From the NCBI GenBank assembly GCA_028534125.1, contig JAPYYK010000270.1:186001-250000 (forward strand): 64,000 nucleotides of DNA. The letters run 5' to 3'. A model generated the notes under the pieces. That model had not been told where the DNA came from. It saw only the letters and a list, made by a program, of their open reading frames with translations, and made no database searches. The DNA comes from Lama glama. Taxonomy: Eukaryota. Each line of letters opens with the position of its first letter. Within the stretch, counting starts at the first letter, position 1. A program made the position numbers and the translations under genes. Of this stretch, positions 38,377 to 50,100 are shown one piece after another.

Positions 38377-38833
38377 TGTCGGGCTGCACCCCTTAGGCCT
38401 GCGAACCCTGTACTTGCCCAGCTTTAAGACCAAAGAAAGAGTCTGGAGTCAGGGACAGAGACATCAGTGGTTTAATGGAAAGGGGGAGCTTACGTCTGGA
38501 GCAAGGTTCTGGAGTGAGACCCCACCACGTGCAGTGGACGGCGGGGCAGGACATGGCAGCAGTCTTCCCTAGGAGGGAGGGGGAGGTTACCAGTTATAAG
38601 GGGAACTGACATCAGTGTGGCTCATTGGTTACCAGGGCAACCAGCCGAGGGCTATTTTCCTCACTGCCCCTTTGATAAGCTATCAGGGTGGCTAAGGGTA
38701 ACAATCCTTAGCTGGGACCTGAGGCAAGCATGTAAAAGGGCAGGTGAGTAGAGCATAGGTGAAGCAGGCACTGATCAAGCAGGGGGAAGACAGAAAGCAA
38801 GAGAATAGCCATCTTGGGTGGCCTGATCATACA
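38377..38833 (-). mobile_element. Intact-looking ERV solo LTR (457 bp)
   Basis: TG...CA termini, 5-bp TSD ATTAC/GTTAC, minus-strand ATTAAA, GC-rich against AT-rich flanks. Confidence 0.7.
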
Positions 38834-38977
38834 GTTACTTTAAAAAAAGTCCTCTTTATTGGTTCATCTGAAATTTTAAATTCCTAAACTGGAAAATGTA
38901 TAATGTGAAATACTAAATTTAGAGAGAGATAAGGTAGACTGTGTTTTTGAAAATCTTCTCTGTATCTTATAAGGTAG

Positions 38978-39496
38978 TCATGGGAGATAAAATAAGTTTC
39001 CCTTTACCCTTCTGAGTTCTTGGCTGAGATCCATATAATAATAAAAACAAACAAACAAACAACCCAGATGAACAAGAAAAAAAAAAGCCCAGAGGTTTAA
39101 CATGTACTCTTAGGTATACATAGGAGATAGCCAAAGAAAAGTGAATAATTCTCAGAGGTGACTTAGAACTTCAGCTTAAATACCATCTTCAGATAAAGAG
39201 AACAGAAGGAAAGATACGGAGAAACTAGCTAAGGAGACGTTACCAGGAAAAGTAGGATAAACAACTATAAGTTTTAAGTCCCTGCCTTCTTTATTGATAA
39301 GGGTCTAAACTAGTCTCAGAGTATTCATCTCTTTCCTTCCTGGTAGAGAGGGAAGGAGGGGCACTTTTGTCTCGATTTTAGGCAAATGGAAGGGAGTAGA
39401 GAGCTTTTCTTGTATCTGCTTCTTAATTGCCTTCAGTTCAAAATAATCTTTATACCAAATGGCGTATTTTGGGGTGGCATATTCTGCTACCCTTCA
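38978..39496 (-). mobile_element. MER34-like ERV1 solo LTR
   Basis: Minus strand begins TGAAGGGTAGCAGAATATGCCACCCCAAAATACGCC; 4-bp TSD GTAG on both sides. Confidence 0.75.
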
Positions 39497-40700
39497 GTAG
39501 GAATTTCCCTGGCTAGTTCTTTCTCTAAGAGAGAGACACATTGCCAAGAACGTCAAAGGATCTGATATGTAACCTATTTGCAAGCTAACAAGTAGCCTGC
39601 CACAGTTGACAGAGGCACTCTGTTACTCACAGCACAACAGGCAGCATGAGCTTCAGGCTGTCATAGATTCCTCTTGCTCTCAAGTCCCACAGAGTGAGAT
39701 CGAGCTGCTTAGTGGGTGATGCAGAAGCAGGTCTGAATCAGAATGGAGGAACGCTATGCTTAGGAAAGCCCTACTGCAAATCTAACCAAACTTTGCCCTG
39801 GAAGGAGAGATTATCTTATCCTGCAACAGACCTTCTGTCTGCCCTTGGGGAAAATACTACCCATATCTTGAAACTTTCCTATCATACACAAATGCAGTAC
39901 ATCAGTAATGCTAGTATCAAAAAGAAGATGCACAAAAATTCTGAACAGAGATTTAGACTCATATTGTAAATGTAAAACACTTGATCCTTTCTGAGCATTT
40001 CTTTGAATCTGTAGTGGATCAATAAGAATAAAACTTTGCAATGACTTGTTTTGCTTTGTAATGCTTTATCTATCACTTGATGCTTTAAAGAGTCAAATGT
40101 CCTTTCCTCTCATCAAGTAGGTTTTATCATCCTCCTTTGCTTATTTATGCCAATAATTTAACCTCATTGGCTAATGTATTTCTTATTGTGTTACAGGAAC
40201 TAACCCACACTTTCTCAAGAGTGGCTCGTACCTTAGTAATCTTCCTTACTCTGCCTCTTCCGGAGAAAATTAGGTTTCACAAGGTTGACCATGGTCCTCC
40301 TCTGTAGTGTAGCTGAGCAATACTCAGCTTTGCAAGGTTGATTTCCTCTGCTAATAGACAGTTAACGTCTTTTTCCCACATCCTTATTTTTAAGAAACAT
40401 TTTAGCAGTTGTCTTATTCTTCGGAGATAACTCAAAATAATATCATCATGGTCTTTTTGTTTGTTTTTAAACTAAACCTACAGCTGCCTTGTCCTTGTGT
40501 GTGTCTTGTCCGTTTCAAGCTGCAGTTACAAAATTCATTTGAGCTCCAGAGAAAAGCATAAATGTCAATAACTATTCCTTAATAAATAAAAAAATTGAGC
40601 ATTTAACTTTTCATGGAATGATTAAAAACCAAGCTGTTCCTCTCGGTGGATGTAATTAGGAGGCACAACTTAAGAGTTTGCCCAAATGTTCAGTCATCTG

Positions 40701-40885
40701 TAGGATTGCCAGATAATATATAGGATGCCCTGTATATTATCAGTGTATAAATAGCAAATAAATTTTTAGTGTAAGTGTATGTCTCATGCAATGTTTGGGA
40801 CATACTCATTTTAAAAAAATTGTTTATTTGAAAATAAAATGTAACTGGGCATCCTGTATTTTTATTGCTAAATCTGTCAACTCTA
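40701..40885. mobile_element. MER53 palindromic hAT MITE
   Basis: TIRs taggattgccagat...atctgtcaactcta; internal gtctcatgcaatgtttgggacatact. Confidence 0.8.
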
Positions 40886-41199
40886 ATTCACCTTTTATCT
40901 ACCAAACGAACTATGTATGATGACCTTTTGGTAAAATGTGGTGTCAAGAGGGTTCTAGCTCAGGAGCACTACCTTTAGGGTAGAGGTCAAGATTTCAAAG
41001 TTTTGATGACGTGATATCAATGCTACACAGAAACAGATGTTAAGTAACTACAAGTTTTGGGATTTACAGACATGTATTTGGTACTCCGGCCTCAAAACGG
41101 TGGAGGAGTAGGTTAAAAGAAGTTATGGACTGGCTGGTTTGGGGTTTCTAAGGAGAAAGGAGACCGGACTAGAGAGCCTTTCCACAGAGGGTGGTAGTT

Positions 41200-41830
41200 T
41201 CTGCAGTAAAGGCTTCGGTGCGGTTTAGTAAGGAGGGAGCGTGAGACCCGAGCAAGTCAACAGGAACGAAATAGGAAAAGGCTGGGTGCGTGAAGCCAAT
41301 CAGAGACGAGGTGGGTGGGGCTAGACTCCGGGAAGGGGCGGGCTTCGGCAGTGTGGGCTCCGAGGGGCAGGACTCAGCCAATCCGAACCGAGTAGGGCAG
41401 GGCTGGACTCCGGCAGGGAGGGAGGGGATTGGTCTCGGGCAAGGGAACCGCGCATCAAGAGCGTATTTCAGCCTCACCTGCGCCTGCACCTGCACCTGCG
41501 CTTTTCTCCCAGCCGGGCGGACGCCGAGTCGAAGGGTGACGACGGACGCTCGCGCGGACTGTCATGGCCTACCCGGGATACGGAGGCGCGGTGAGTCCTG
41601 GCCGCTTCTCCGCGGCCGCCGCCCCCGCGGGGTGTGGCGCCCCCGCGGGCGGTGCCGACGTGCGGGTCCGCCCTCGGTGGATCCTAGCTTTCTTCGGCCG
41701 CCTGTGGTACTCGGCGGCGCCGGGACTCCTCCCAGTGCTGGAAGCCGAGGCCGGGGCCCAGCGGGAAGCTGCAGGTGTCCTGGTCCCTGAGGGCCTCTTA
41801 GGCGAGTCCTTGTGGAGCCAAGGGTGTGGA
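41200..41830. promoter_or_regulatory. GCA: GCA CpG island / promoter with three CCAAT boxes and GC boxes
   Basis: CCAAT at 41296 and 41378, ATTGG at 41428, GGGGCGGG at ~41335, dense CpG around exon 1. Confidence 0.9.
41564..41590 (+). CDS. GCA: GCA (grancalcin) coding exon 1
   Basis: gtcATGG Kozak context; MAYPGYGGA; donor GCG|GTGAGT. Confidence 0.96.
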
Positions 41831-43039
41831 GTGTTTTTAGAAATTTCTTCCCTGGAATGAAGAAACAAAGCATCCTTTTTCTTGTTCTAGTGATATTTTG
41901 TGGTCCACCCTCCCTCCAAGCCTCCTCTCCCATTTTTCCCCAGTTTTGCTAGACATCTTCTTTCTGAATTTTTTGACCACTTCTTTTTTTCTGTTCTTTA
42001 TGTTGCTTGTGAATAAATTAGATACGCTAAATATCTTCTAATGTTTACTATTCTACCAAGGGCAATTTGTCCTAGACTTTTTTTTGGCAGGTGAGAGGGT
42101 GGTGGAGACAGTTATTCTTCCTTACATAGCTGTTTATCCTGCTTCACCTTTGGGGATTGTAATTGTTATGGTAACAGGAAATAAAACAAAATTTAAACTT
42201 TAAACTTATATACATATTTTTATTTTAGGTAAGTAATGTGTAATCAGTATTTTCAAGAGTAAAAATACATCTTAAGCATAGAACACTTACACGGGTGAGA
42301 TATTTACGGAAGAAATAGAATAAAAAAGTGAGTTCCAAGAATAAAAGGAAAAGGTAAAATTTCTAAATGTTCTAGAAGAGCCTTTTCATCTCTCTCTCTT
42401 TTTTTTTAAATGGATAAGAGCAAGTATCAGGTCATTATGGTATGTAGATAGCAAAGGATACTTTCCAAAGAGTGAGGTAAAACTTTATTTGTAAATGTCA
42501 AGATTTACAGTATGTTAGGCATTGCATTCATTACAGCTATTTAAAGTTAAGAACTTCATTCGTCAACATAAAATGTGGGGAAAGGTATATAAGTTTTCAA
42601 CTTTCTTTTAGAGCTAGAGAAGTAGAATGTTTGAAGAACACTGACGTAAGGTACAGGTGGTATCCTGAGGGGTGGAGTTCTCTGCACTGGCCTCTCTATT
42701 GTTTCCTTTCAGCCTGTTGTGACTTACTACACATCCTATATGTGCAAGTTCTCCGCAGTTACAGATTATATGATCTAGTTTAACTAAAGTTACCCTCACA
42801 AAATGAACACATAGTTTGAAAATTTCTGGGAAGAAACTTAGGATCCAAGATAATACTAAAGATTCAAAAATGTGCAAAACAATATGAAAATGACATTGCT
42901 GACACTTTTAAATCCAAGCTTTTCTTTAGTTACATCACCAGGTAATGACAGTGATGACCTAATGATCATCAGTTTTGACTCATTTGCAACTATCAAGAAG
43001 ACAAGTTGAAATACGAATTTTTAGGGATTAACCTCGTAG

Positions 43040-43300
43040 GTGTGGGGCCAAAGTTTTCCTCCACGTGGGCCCCTCTACATGGGTCTTGGGCTTCTTCAGG
43101 TTGGCCATGTTCTAAGAGAGAAACTGAAACTGCTGGTCTTCTTAAAGTCTTAAGCCTGGAATGGATGTGATGCAGTTTCTACCTTATTCTACCAGACAAA
43201 GCTGAAACAGGCCCAGCCCAGATTCAAGGGAGTGGAGAAGTCTGCATTTGCAAGGGAAAGGTGGAAGAGAATTTGACATCATCTTTAATCTGACCACCAC
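43040..43300. mobile_element. Old MLT1 (J/K/L-like) MaLR LTR fragment in GCA intron 1
   Basis: gggcccctctacatggg...caggcccagcccagattcaagggagtggagaa. Confidence 0.55.
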
Positions 43301-45326
43301 CACACCCTCACATTTTTGGATTTTGGAGAAGTTAATGCTGCAAGTCAGGAAAGAAAGGTAGATAGAAGGTTATTCTTAAGGCCAGGTTCTTCATATAATG
43401 CTGCTTGCCCGACTTCAGTTAGAAAACAAGTGTGTTGAATCCTCAAGGCACACGTGGAGATGCTCCAGTAGAGGGTCTGTGCCAGTTTTTTTGGCACCAC
43501 CTCAACATTAGCTTTTCACTAGTACTCTGATAGTTTGGCTTCTCTTCTTAGAAAAAGTTTTTTCAGTTTTTCCTCCTTATGTGAAGCTTAAGGGGGCGAC
43601 GGTCTCCAGTAAGCCTTAAATTCTTTAATGTGCCCTAGGCCCTGATTGCCCTCCATGTCCTTAGAGGCCTTGGAACCAAAGCCTCGGTGTTTGTTTCTGC
43701 CTCAGAGCAAAAGCTGCTTATCTGTTACCTCTGTGTCTAGACTTGCCCCAGATTGGGCCTGGAAGTTTCCCCCTATCAATGAGGTGACTTAAAAATAGTA
43801 TTTTATGCAACTTCTGATTATTTTTATTGTTAAGGTTGATCATATTATCCTAGTCTGCCCTTATTAGAAATAAGGTGTTTTTTCCTTGAGTCAATATTTG
43901 TAATTTATATAATTTGAGGAGGTCCGTTTCATCTACATTTTCAAATATGTTGGTAAAAAGATGTTCAGAAGCATTTGTTAGTATATTTTTAAAATTTGAA
44001 TTCTATTTGTGGTTATATACTCTCCTTTTTTATGCCTGAAACCGACCTGCCTTTTGATGGTCTGTCTCTTTTCTTTTCAAAGAAGCAACTTACAAACACT
44101 TTAAAAAAAATGTGTTATATCGTTTTAATGTTTATCGTTCCCTTTCTTGTACTTCTTTGCTTCATAATTTAGTTTTTGACCACCTCCTTGAGCGCATTTC
44201 CTGGAGCTCCTCATACCTTTTGCCCTCGCCACGTGCCCTCTGGAGCTTTTTAAACTGCAACAAAAGACTTCTACTTTTTCTTCCCTTATACTTGGGATTT
44301 TGTTTCTCTTTTTGCCTTCTGTCAGTCTCTGCTCATCCTTCAAACTTGCAGGTTCAGGAAGATTTTTGTTGCAAATGGAGTAATGAACAATGCTGATACT
44401 TCCGCCTCCTCCATACTCATTAAAAATACTGAGTTAAATATCTCTCTAAGAGATGACGTTAAAAATGTTTACCAAGTTCCAAAGCGAAGAGAAGACAGAA
44501 ACCAGAGCCATAGCAGGGGGCAAACAGTATGTAGCCTTTGGAGGGAGATTGTCTATATTTGACTCATGGTCTACTTCTTACTAGCTATTTAACCTTAACT
44601 AATTCAGGAAACTTCTTGAAGTTACACGTCCTCAACTGAAAAAAGAACATAGTACTTTCATACCTCGCAGGGTTGTTGGGAAATCAAATCGCATGGTGGA
44701 GAATACTTAGAACAACACCAGCAATATAAAAAGCTTTCAGCAAATATTAGCTCCGTATGATTCTCATCAGTATCCTTGTTGTTGGTATTCTCATTCTCAT
44801 TAGTTTTGAAGAGGCCTGTTGCTGAAGTTATCACTTTGTTGATCTGTTCAGTAGTGTCTTGCTCTTTAAAAAATAAGTATTTTCTGGTGGAGGGGCTGTT
44901 TCAGCCCCGTGCAGTTTCCCGTGATGAGTTCACAGTTTCATTGTAGCTACCAAGCACTCTTCTGTGGATGTGCCTTTAGGTATACTGCTTCTGACTTTTA
45001 CCGTAGGTGAAATTTTCCTGTATTTTTTACTTTTTGTTTTTGTGATGATTGTACACACTTTTAAAATTATGCCTTATTCTTAAAGGCTAGAGACCCCTTT
45101 TTTCTTTTACACTTCTTTTAATGTTGGAGCACATATATTAATGAGAACTGGGTTAGATGATGCAGGACATCTAGCAATTTGTAGCTGACAGCTTTTGTGA
45201 TAGTGGGTTTGGGAGCTTTCAGTAACTCAATTTTTTATTTTCAATGGACTTCTCATAAATATTTTCTTTTAAACCAACTTCAGTGGATATTTATATTAAT
45301 AACCTTCTCCCTTTTCACTCTTACAG

Positions 45327-45500
45327 TTTGGAAATTTGGGCAGTCAGATGCCAGGAATGCAGATGCAAACGGGACAGCGGATGCCAGGAACAGGGCCGAG
45401 TGTGCTCCCTGGTGGATACTCTGGACACCCAGCTTATCCAGATAATTACTCCACAGCGGGAGACCCCATGTGGACATACTTCACTGCCGTTGCTGGCCAG
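45327..45500 (+). CDS. GCA: GCA exon 2 (Gly/Pro-rich N-terminus)
   Basis: cttacag|TTT; FGNLGSQMPGMQMQTGQRMPGTGPSVLPGGYSGHPAYPDNYSTAGDPMWTYFTAVAGQ; CAG|GTGAAA; 174 nt. Confidence 0.95.
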
Positions 45501-47976
45501 GTGAAATGCTAAATATGTACCACAAATAGCAGTTCTAAAAAATGATTGCTCTTTTATTTATTTATTTATTTATAAAAAATGCCAACTTTTTAATTTAGTG
45601 TATCATTTAAAAATACATCTGAAATTCGTACTTTACACTTATGTGGACTAATTTTCTTCCTAAGATCAGAGAGGAGGGTAATCATAGTTATCTCATTAAA
45701 AGTCTGATGTCTAACACATTGTTCCTTTGACTCAAGGAGGGAGCGGGGTGGTGCGTGGAGCCTGAGCCAGGGAGGCTCTGGGCAGGAGAGAGGGACGTGT
45801 AAATCTCCTTGGGGAAGCTGGGGCAGAGTATCAGAAGGGAGACTTGTAAATTATGTGTGGTTCTGGGAAAGTCTTGAAGGTAAAGCAGATCAGGAAAAGG
45901 TAAAGAAAACAGGGCAGAAAAGAAGTTCAAATACCAGACTGATGAGCAGAGACAGAGATTCACACTTGAGTGTTAGTCACAGTCCATGTCTCGTCTCTTT
46001 TATAGTGGTCGAGAAAGATTTACTGAGCAGTGTGAATTTCATAGAACTTTGATAACATTTCTCATTCATTATTCATTCACTTAAAAACATTCACTAGGTC
46101 CCATATGCTTTTCTAGAAATAGAGGAGATAACAGAATTATGCCATGTGGCAGATGCTTTGTTTTGGCTACCCAAATTCCATTCAAAACCTCCTTTTGCCT
46201 TTTTGTACGTGGCAGAGGTTGGGAAGTCCTAGTACCGTGATACTCTGCCGTATTTTTTCTCGTGGCACTTCTTACCATCCGCTTCTTACTATTATACGGA
46301 ATTTCTGCTTTATTGTCTCTCTTCCACCACTAAAATGTAACCTCTGTGAAGCTGAGAAATTTATTTTGGACACTGTTTGATACTCAGTCCATTTAATGGT
46401 GCTTGAACATCACGTTAGGTTGCTCAATAAACAAATACTAACTGAATTAATTTCTTGTTCTTTCTCATTGGAAGGTATCTGTTCATTTGTTTCTCTATGT
46501 TTTCTTAACATTTCAGTGAGCGCTCTATGAAGTTATTTCGTCTTGTATGAATTTGTTCTAAAACAGCTGATTTTTGTGGGCTGTCTTCCTGAACATTAGA
46601 TTTTCCCATCTATTTTGGAGTATTGGTTCCTTAAACTGATTCTGAGTGATGTTTTCATTTACTCCCCCTTCCTGTTTGTCCCCCTCGGAGTTACCCCTTC
46701 CTCCTCCCGTGTCACCCTTCCCTGTCTAGTGGTTTTGTGATTGTCTCCACCTAGATTGTGTCCACGATCATGTTTCAGTGAAATATAAAATCCCTTGCCT
46801 TGAGTTAAGTTGTTCTACAAATACTTGGGTTTATCTTCTCAAAACAAGCAGATTAAGAAATGATAAGTAAACTGGTACATACTCTAAATCCTAAAAAATG
46901 TAAAATCATTAAGATAAATCTAACAGGTTTGATAAACCTAAATGGGGTCAGTATCAAGAGGCAAATGAGGTGAATGGTGTAAACACAGGGTCAGAGCCTT
47001 TACTTAAAAACTGGATATTTAGTCATCACAGACTTTTTTTGCGTTAATTTTTTTTTTAATCTCACATTGACGTTATTGTGATTACGGAGCTTTTTTAAGC
47101 TTTCTTAAATTTAAAGTTTAGTCTCTCAATTGCTTTATAATGTTTATAATATTTCTCAGAAGTAGTCTGTAACAGTTTTTTCTGTTTATTTCTTCGGTCT
47201 CTTACAGATTACATATTTTAAATTTGCCTCCTTGATCCTTTCTCAGAGCTATATTGTTTTGAATTTGTGACAGTGTATGTGATGCTTCCAAATAAATTAT
47301 TCTACTCTTTGTTTTTGTAGAAAATAGAATGAGGTACTGAAACATCACGAGAGTATTCGGCCTGTTTCACTTCCATTGTGATTTCTAGTTGGTGTTAAAA
47401 AATACTTTTTCTCCCCGTAAGAAGATCAGACAAGAATGGGCAAAAATCAGAAGAACAGCAACAAAATGCAGGGGAACTCTAAAATTTTGCTGGGGATAAT
47501 GGTGTGAGGGAAAAAGATATTTTCTCCTCCCGGTTAAAGATTCAGTATCCTTTAGAAATAATCTGCCCTCAAAATGGGCATGAAAGGAAAGTTACTGAGA
47601 CTTTTCTGAACATGTTAGCATTTTAGGCATTTTTCTAAATATTTAAGTTGAGGTATAATGATTCTCACAAGATATTATTTTGCGCCATTGTAGGACAGAG
47701 TGATTATGGTATTTTTCAGAAATAGAGAAAATAAATTATATTTGAAATGCTTGAATAATTGAATAAAATTTGATTGTGAAAAAATTACTCACGTTGTATG
47801 ATGTTCTCTAATGTGCCTTTGCCATAAATGATTATCTGTGTAATTTGGTAGTTGATAATAGAGTAATATTTTGAAGAATGGATATTTTATTGATTGGCCT
47901 AGAACAACCAATTAGCATTTTAGTATGCTTTTATACAACTGATTTGATTAATCAGGTTGTAATTATTTTTTAACAG

Positions 47977-48046
47977 GATGGTGAAGTGGATGCTGAGGAG
48001 CTTCAGAAATGTTTAACGCAGTCTGGAATTAGTGGAACTTATTCTC
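47977..48046 (+). CDS. GCA: GCA exon 3 (EF1)
   Basis: taacag|GAT; DGEVDAEELQKCLTQSGISGTYS; C|GTGAGA; 70 nt. Confidence 0.96.
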
Positions 48047-48129
48047 GTGAGATCTTTTTTCCCCCTGTTAAAATTGGACTAGGAAATTCATTTTCTAACT
48101 TTTTTGTTTCCATACTAAAATATTAAAAA

Positions 48130-50100
48130 TTTTTTTTTATCACAGATGTGCATACACCTAGTTTAAAGAGTCGAAAAACTCTGCAAGTTTGTTATGAAAA
48201 TACTGTTCAGTGTGTATTCCTGCCTCCCCAGTGTTAACCACTTATCGGGGAAATCTCTCTCAACTCTTTCAGCCAATTCTTTTGAAATTTGCTTCCATAT
48301 CTCAGATTAGCTTGCTTCTATCTCTATTGATTTTCAATTGTAATGATTATCAGTTGTTAAGTCCTGCTATGGACTATGAGGATTTAACTCCCTTACACGC
48401 CCCTGCACTCCACACTGGTCACTGGAGCCCTTCCCCTCCACTCATCCATGCAGTATAGCTATGGAGTAATTTTCCTTAGGTCAGTCATTGATATTTGCCT
48501 TTCTGTTACTATCTAAATGCCCTTCCTGAGTTTTGTGACAATATATGATTAATTTTCCTTTTTATGTCGCTTTTTGCTTTTTCTGACATCAGTCATCATC
48601 CTGGAGCTTTCTGCTGTGCTCCCTGTGGCTGTCATGCTAACATTCCTTCACCATCATTCTGGAGCTGTCTTTATCTCATTGGAGCTCCCCTTTATTCCTT
48701 CTCTTGTCTTTTTAAATTCAATAAAATATAACATTAATTAGCTTCTTAATAGAAGAGTGCATGGGAGGTAAAGTTTTTGAGAGTTTATCTGAAAATGCTT
48801 TCATGCTATCCTCAGAATTAGGTGATTGGCCAGGTATAGAACACCAGATTACAAATCATTTTCACTTAGAATTTTGACGGTATTGCTCCATTGTTTGTCA
48901 CTTCTATTGTTGCTTTGTCTTTTTGTTTCCTGCCTGTATGCTGTTTGTTTTCACTCTGTGGAGGCTCATGAGATCTCCTTGTCTCTAGTGGAAATGCCAC
49001 AGTGATGTGCCTCATGGGGTGGGGAACTCAGTGGTCACTCCCAATCTGGAAACTCGTTTGCCTTAGGTCTGGGAAATTTTCTTCAGTGATGTTTTCTCCA
49101 TTTTCTTATTCTGGAGAAAGAAAAATAACTATCTTTTGGACTGGATCATCTTTCTTATCTTTTCTGTCCTGTCTCTTGTTTTCCTCTACTTTTGGGGAAA
49201 TTTCAACTTTATTTTCTAGACCTTGTATTGAGTCTTTCATTTCTCCTACTATGTTTTTAAAATCCAAGAGCCTCTGGTTTTTTTTTTTCCCCCATGAATG
49301 GGATGTCTTCCCTTATCTCTCTGAGATTGTTAATGTATTTTTTTTTAAGTTTTTTTCTTCCTCAATTTTTTTTTTTCAGTTTGTTTGGATGTCTTTCATG
49401 TTAGGTACTTTTCTCAGGTATCTGATGATCCTTGGTTGCTCATGTTTAACTAAAATGCTGGTTAGAAGCTCTGAGAGCCTAGTTAGGTATTAACTGTAGA
49501 CTTCAAAGCCTGGTAGTTTGACTGGGAAGTTTGTCTTACAACACTGAGCTTCATGTTGTTAGGGATCTCCCCTCCAGGCTGGTTGTCTAGGTGATCTTCT
49601 GTCTGGAAAGGAGGAGGGAGGACTGAGCAGGGTTCTCAGTCTTCTGTAAATTGTCATTCAATTTCCTTGTTTTTCATAGATAGCCCTGTCCTGAACTGTG
49701 GCTGGTGTCCTGCTGTGCACAGACCTCTCCAGAGAATAAAACCCCAGCCATCTGCTGGTGTGGAAGTAGACATGGCAGCCATCCCCAGAGCAGAAGCAAG
49801 GAGGGGATTTGGGGCTCCAAATGCTCCCTAAATAGACATTCAACCCATCCTTCTGTTTTTATCTCTACATTCACACCCATTTTCAGAAGTACTGCCAATT
49901 CTTAAATGTTTAGGGTCTTCTCCAGGATAACTAGGCTGCCTCTCGGCTTTTCTTATGGCAAGCTCAGGAAGCCACTTTCGCAGATCTAGGTTGTCAACTT
50001 ATGTCCGTCTACTTTTCCAACTTGCAAAATCTTGTTCCTTTGTTTCCTCTCTCCTTCTCTTTTTCTCTAAAGGATTACTACCTGGAAAAAAAAATCAGTT
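48130..50100 (-). mobile_element. Degenerate L1M fragments in GCA intron 3
   Basis: T-rich antisense L1-like text (ttagaattttgacggtattgctccattgt...tctattgttgct). Confidence 0.5.

Noticed and set aside
41169-41933. Several 98-166 aa ORFs at the GCA CpG island
   Set aside because: GC-rich artefacts; only the first 9 codons from 41564 are grancalcin.
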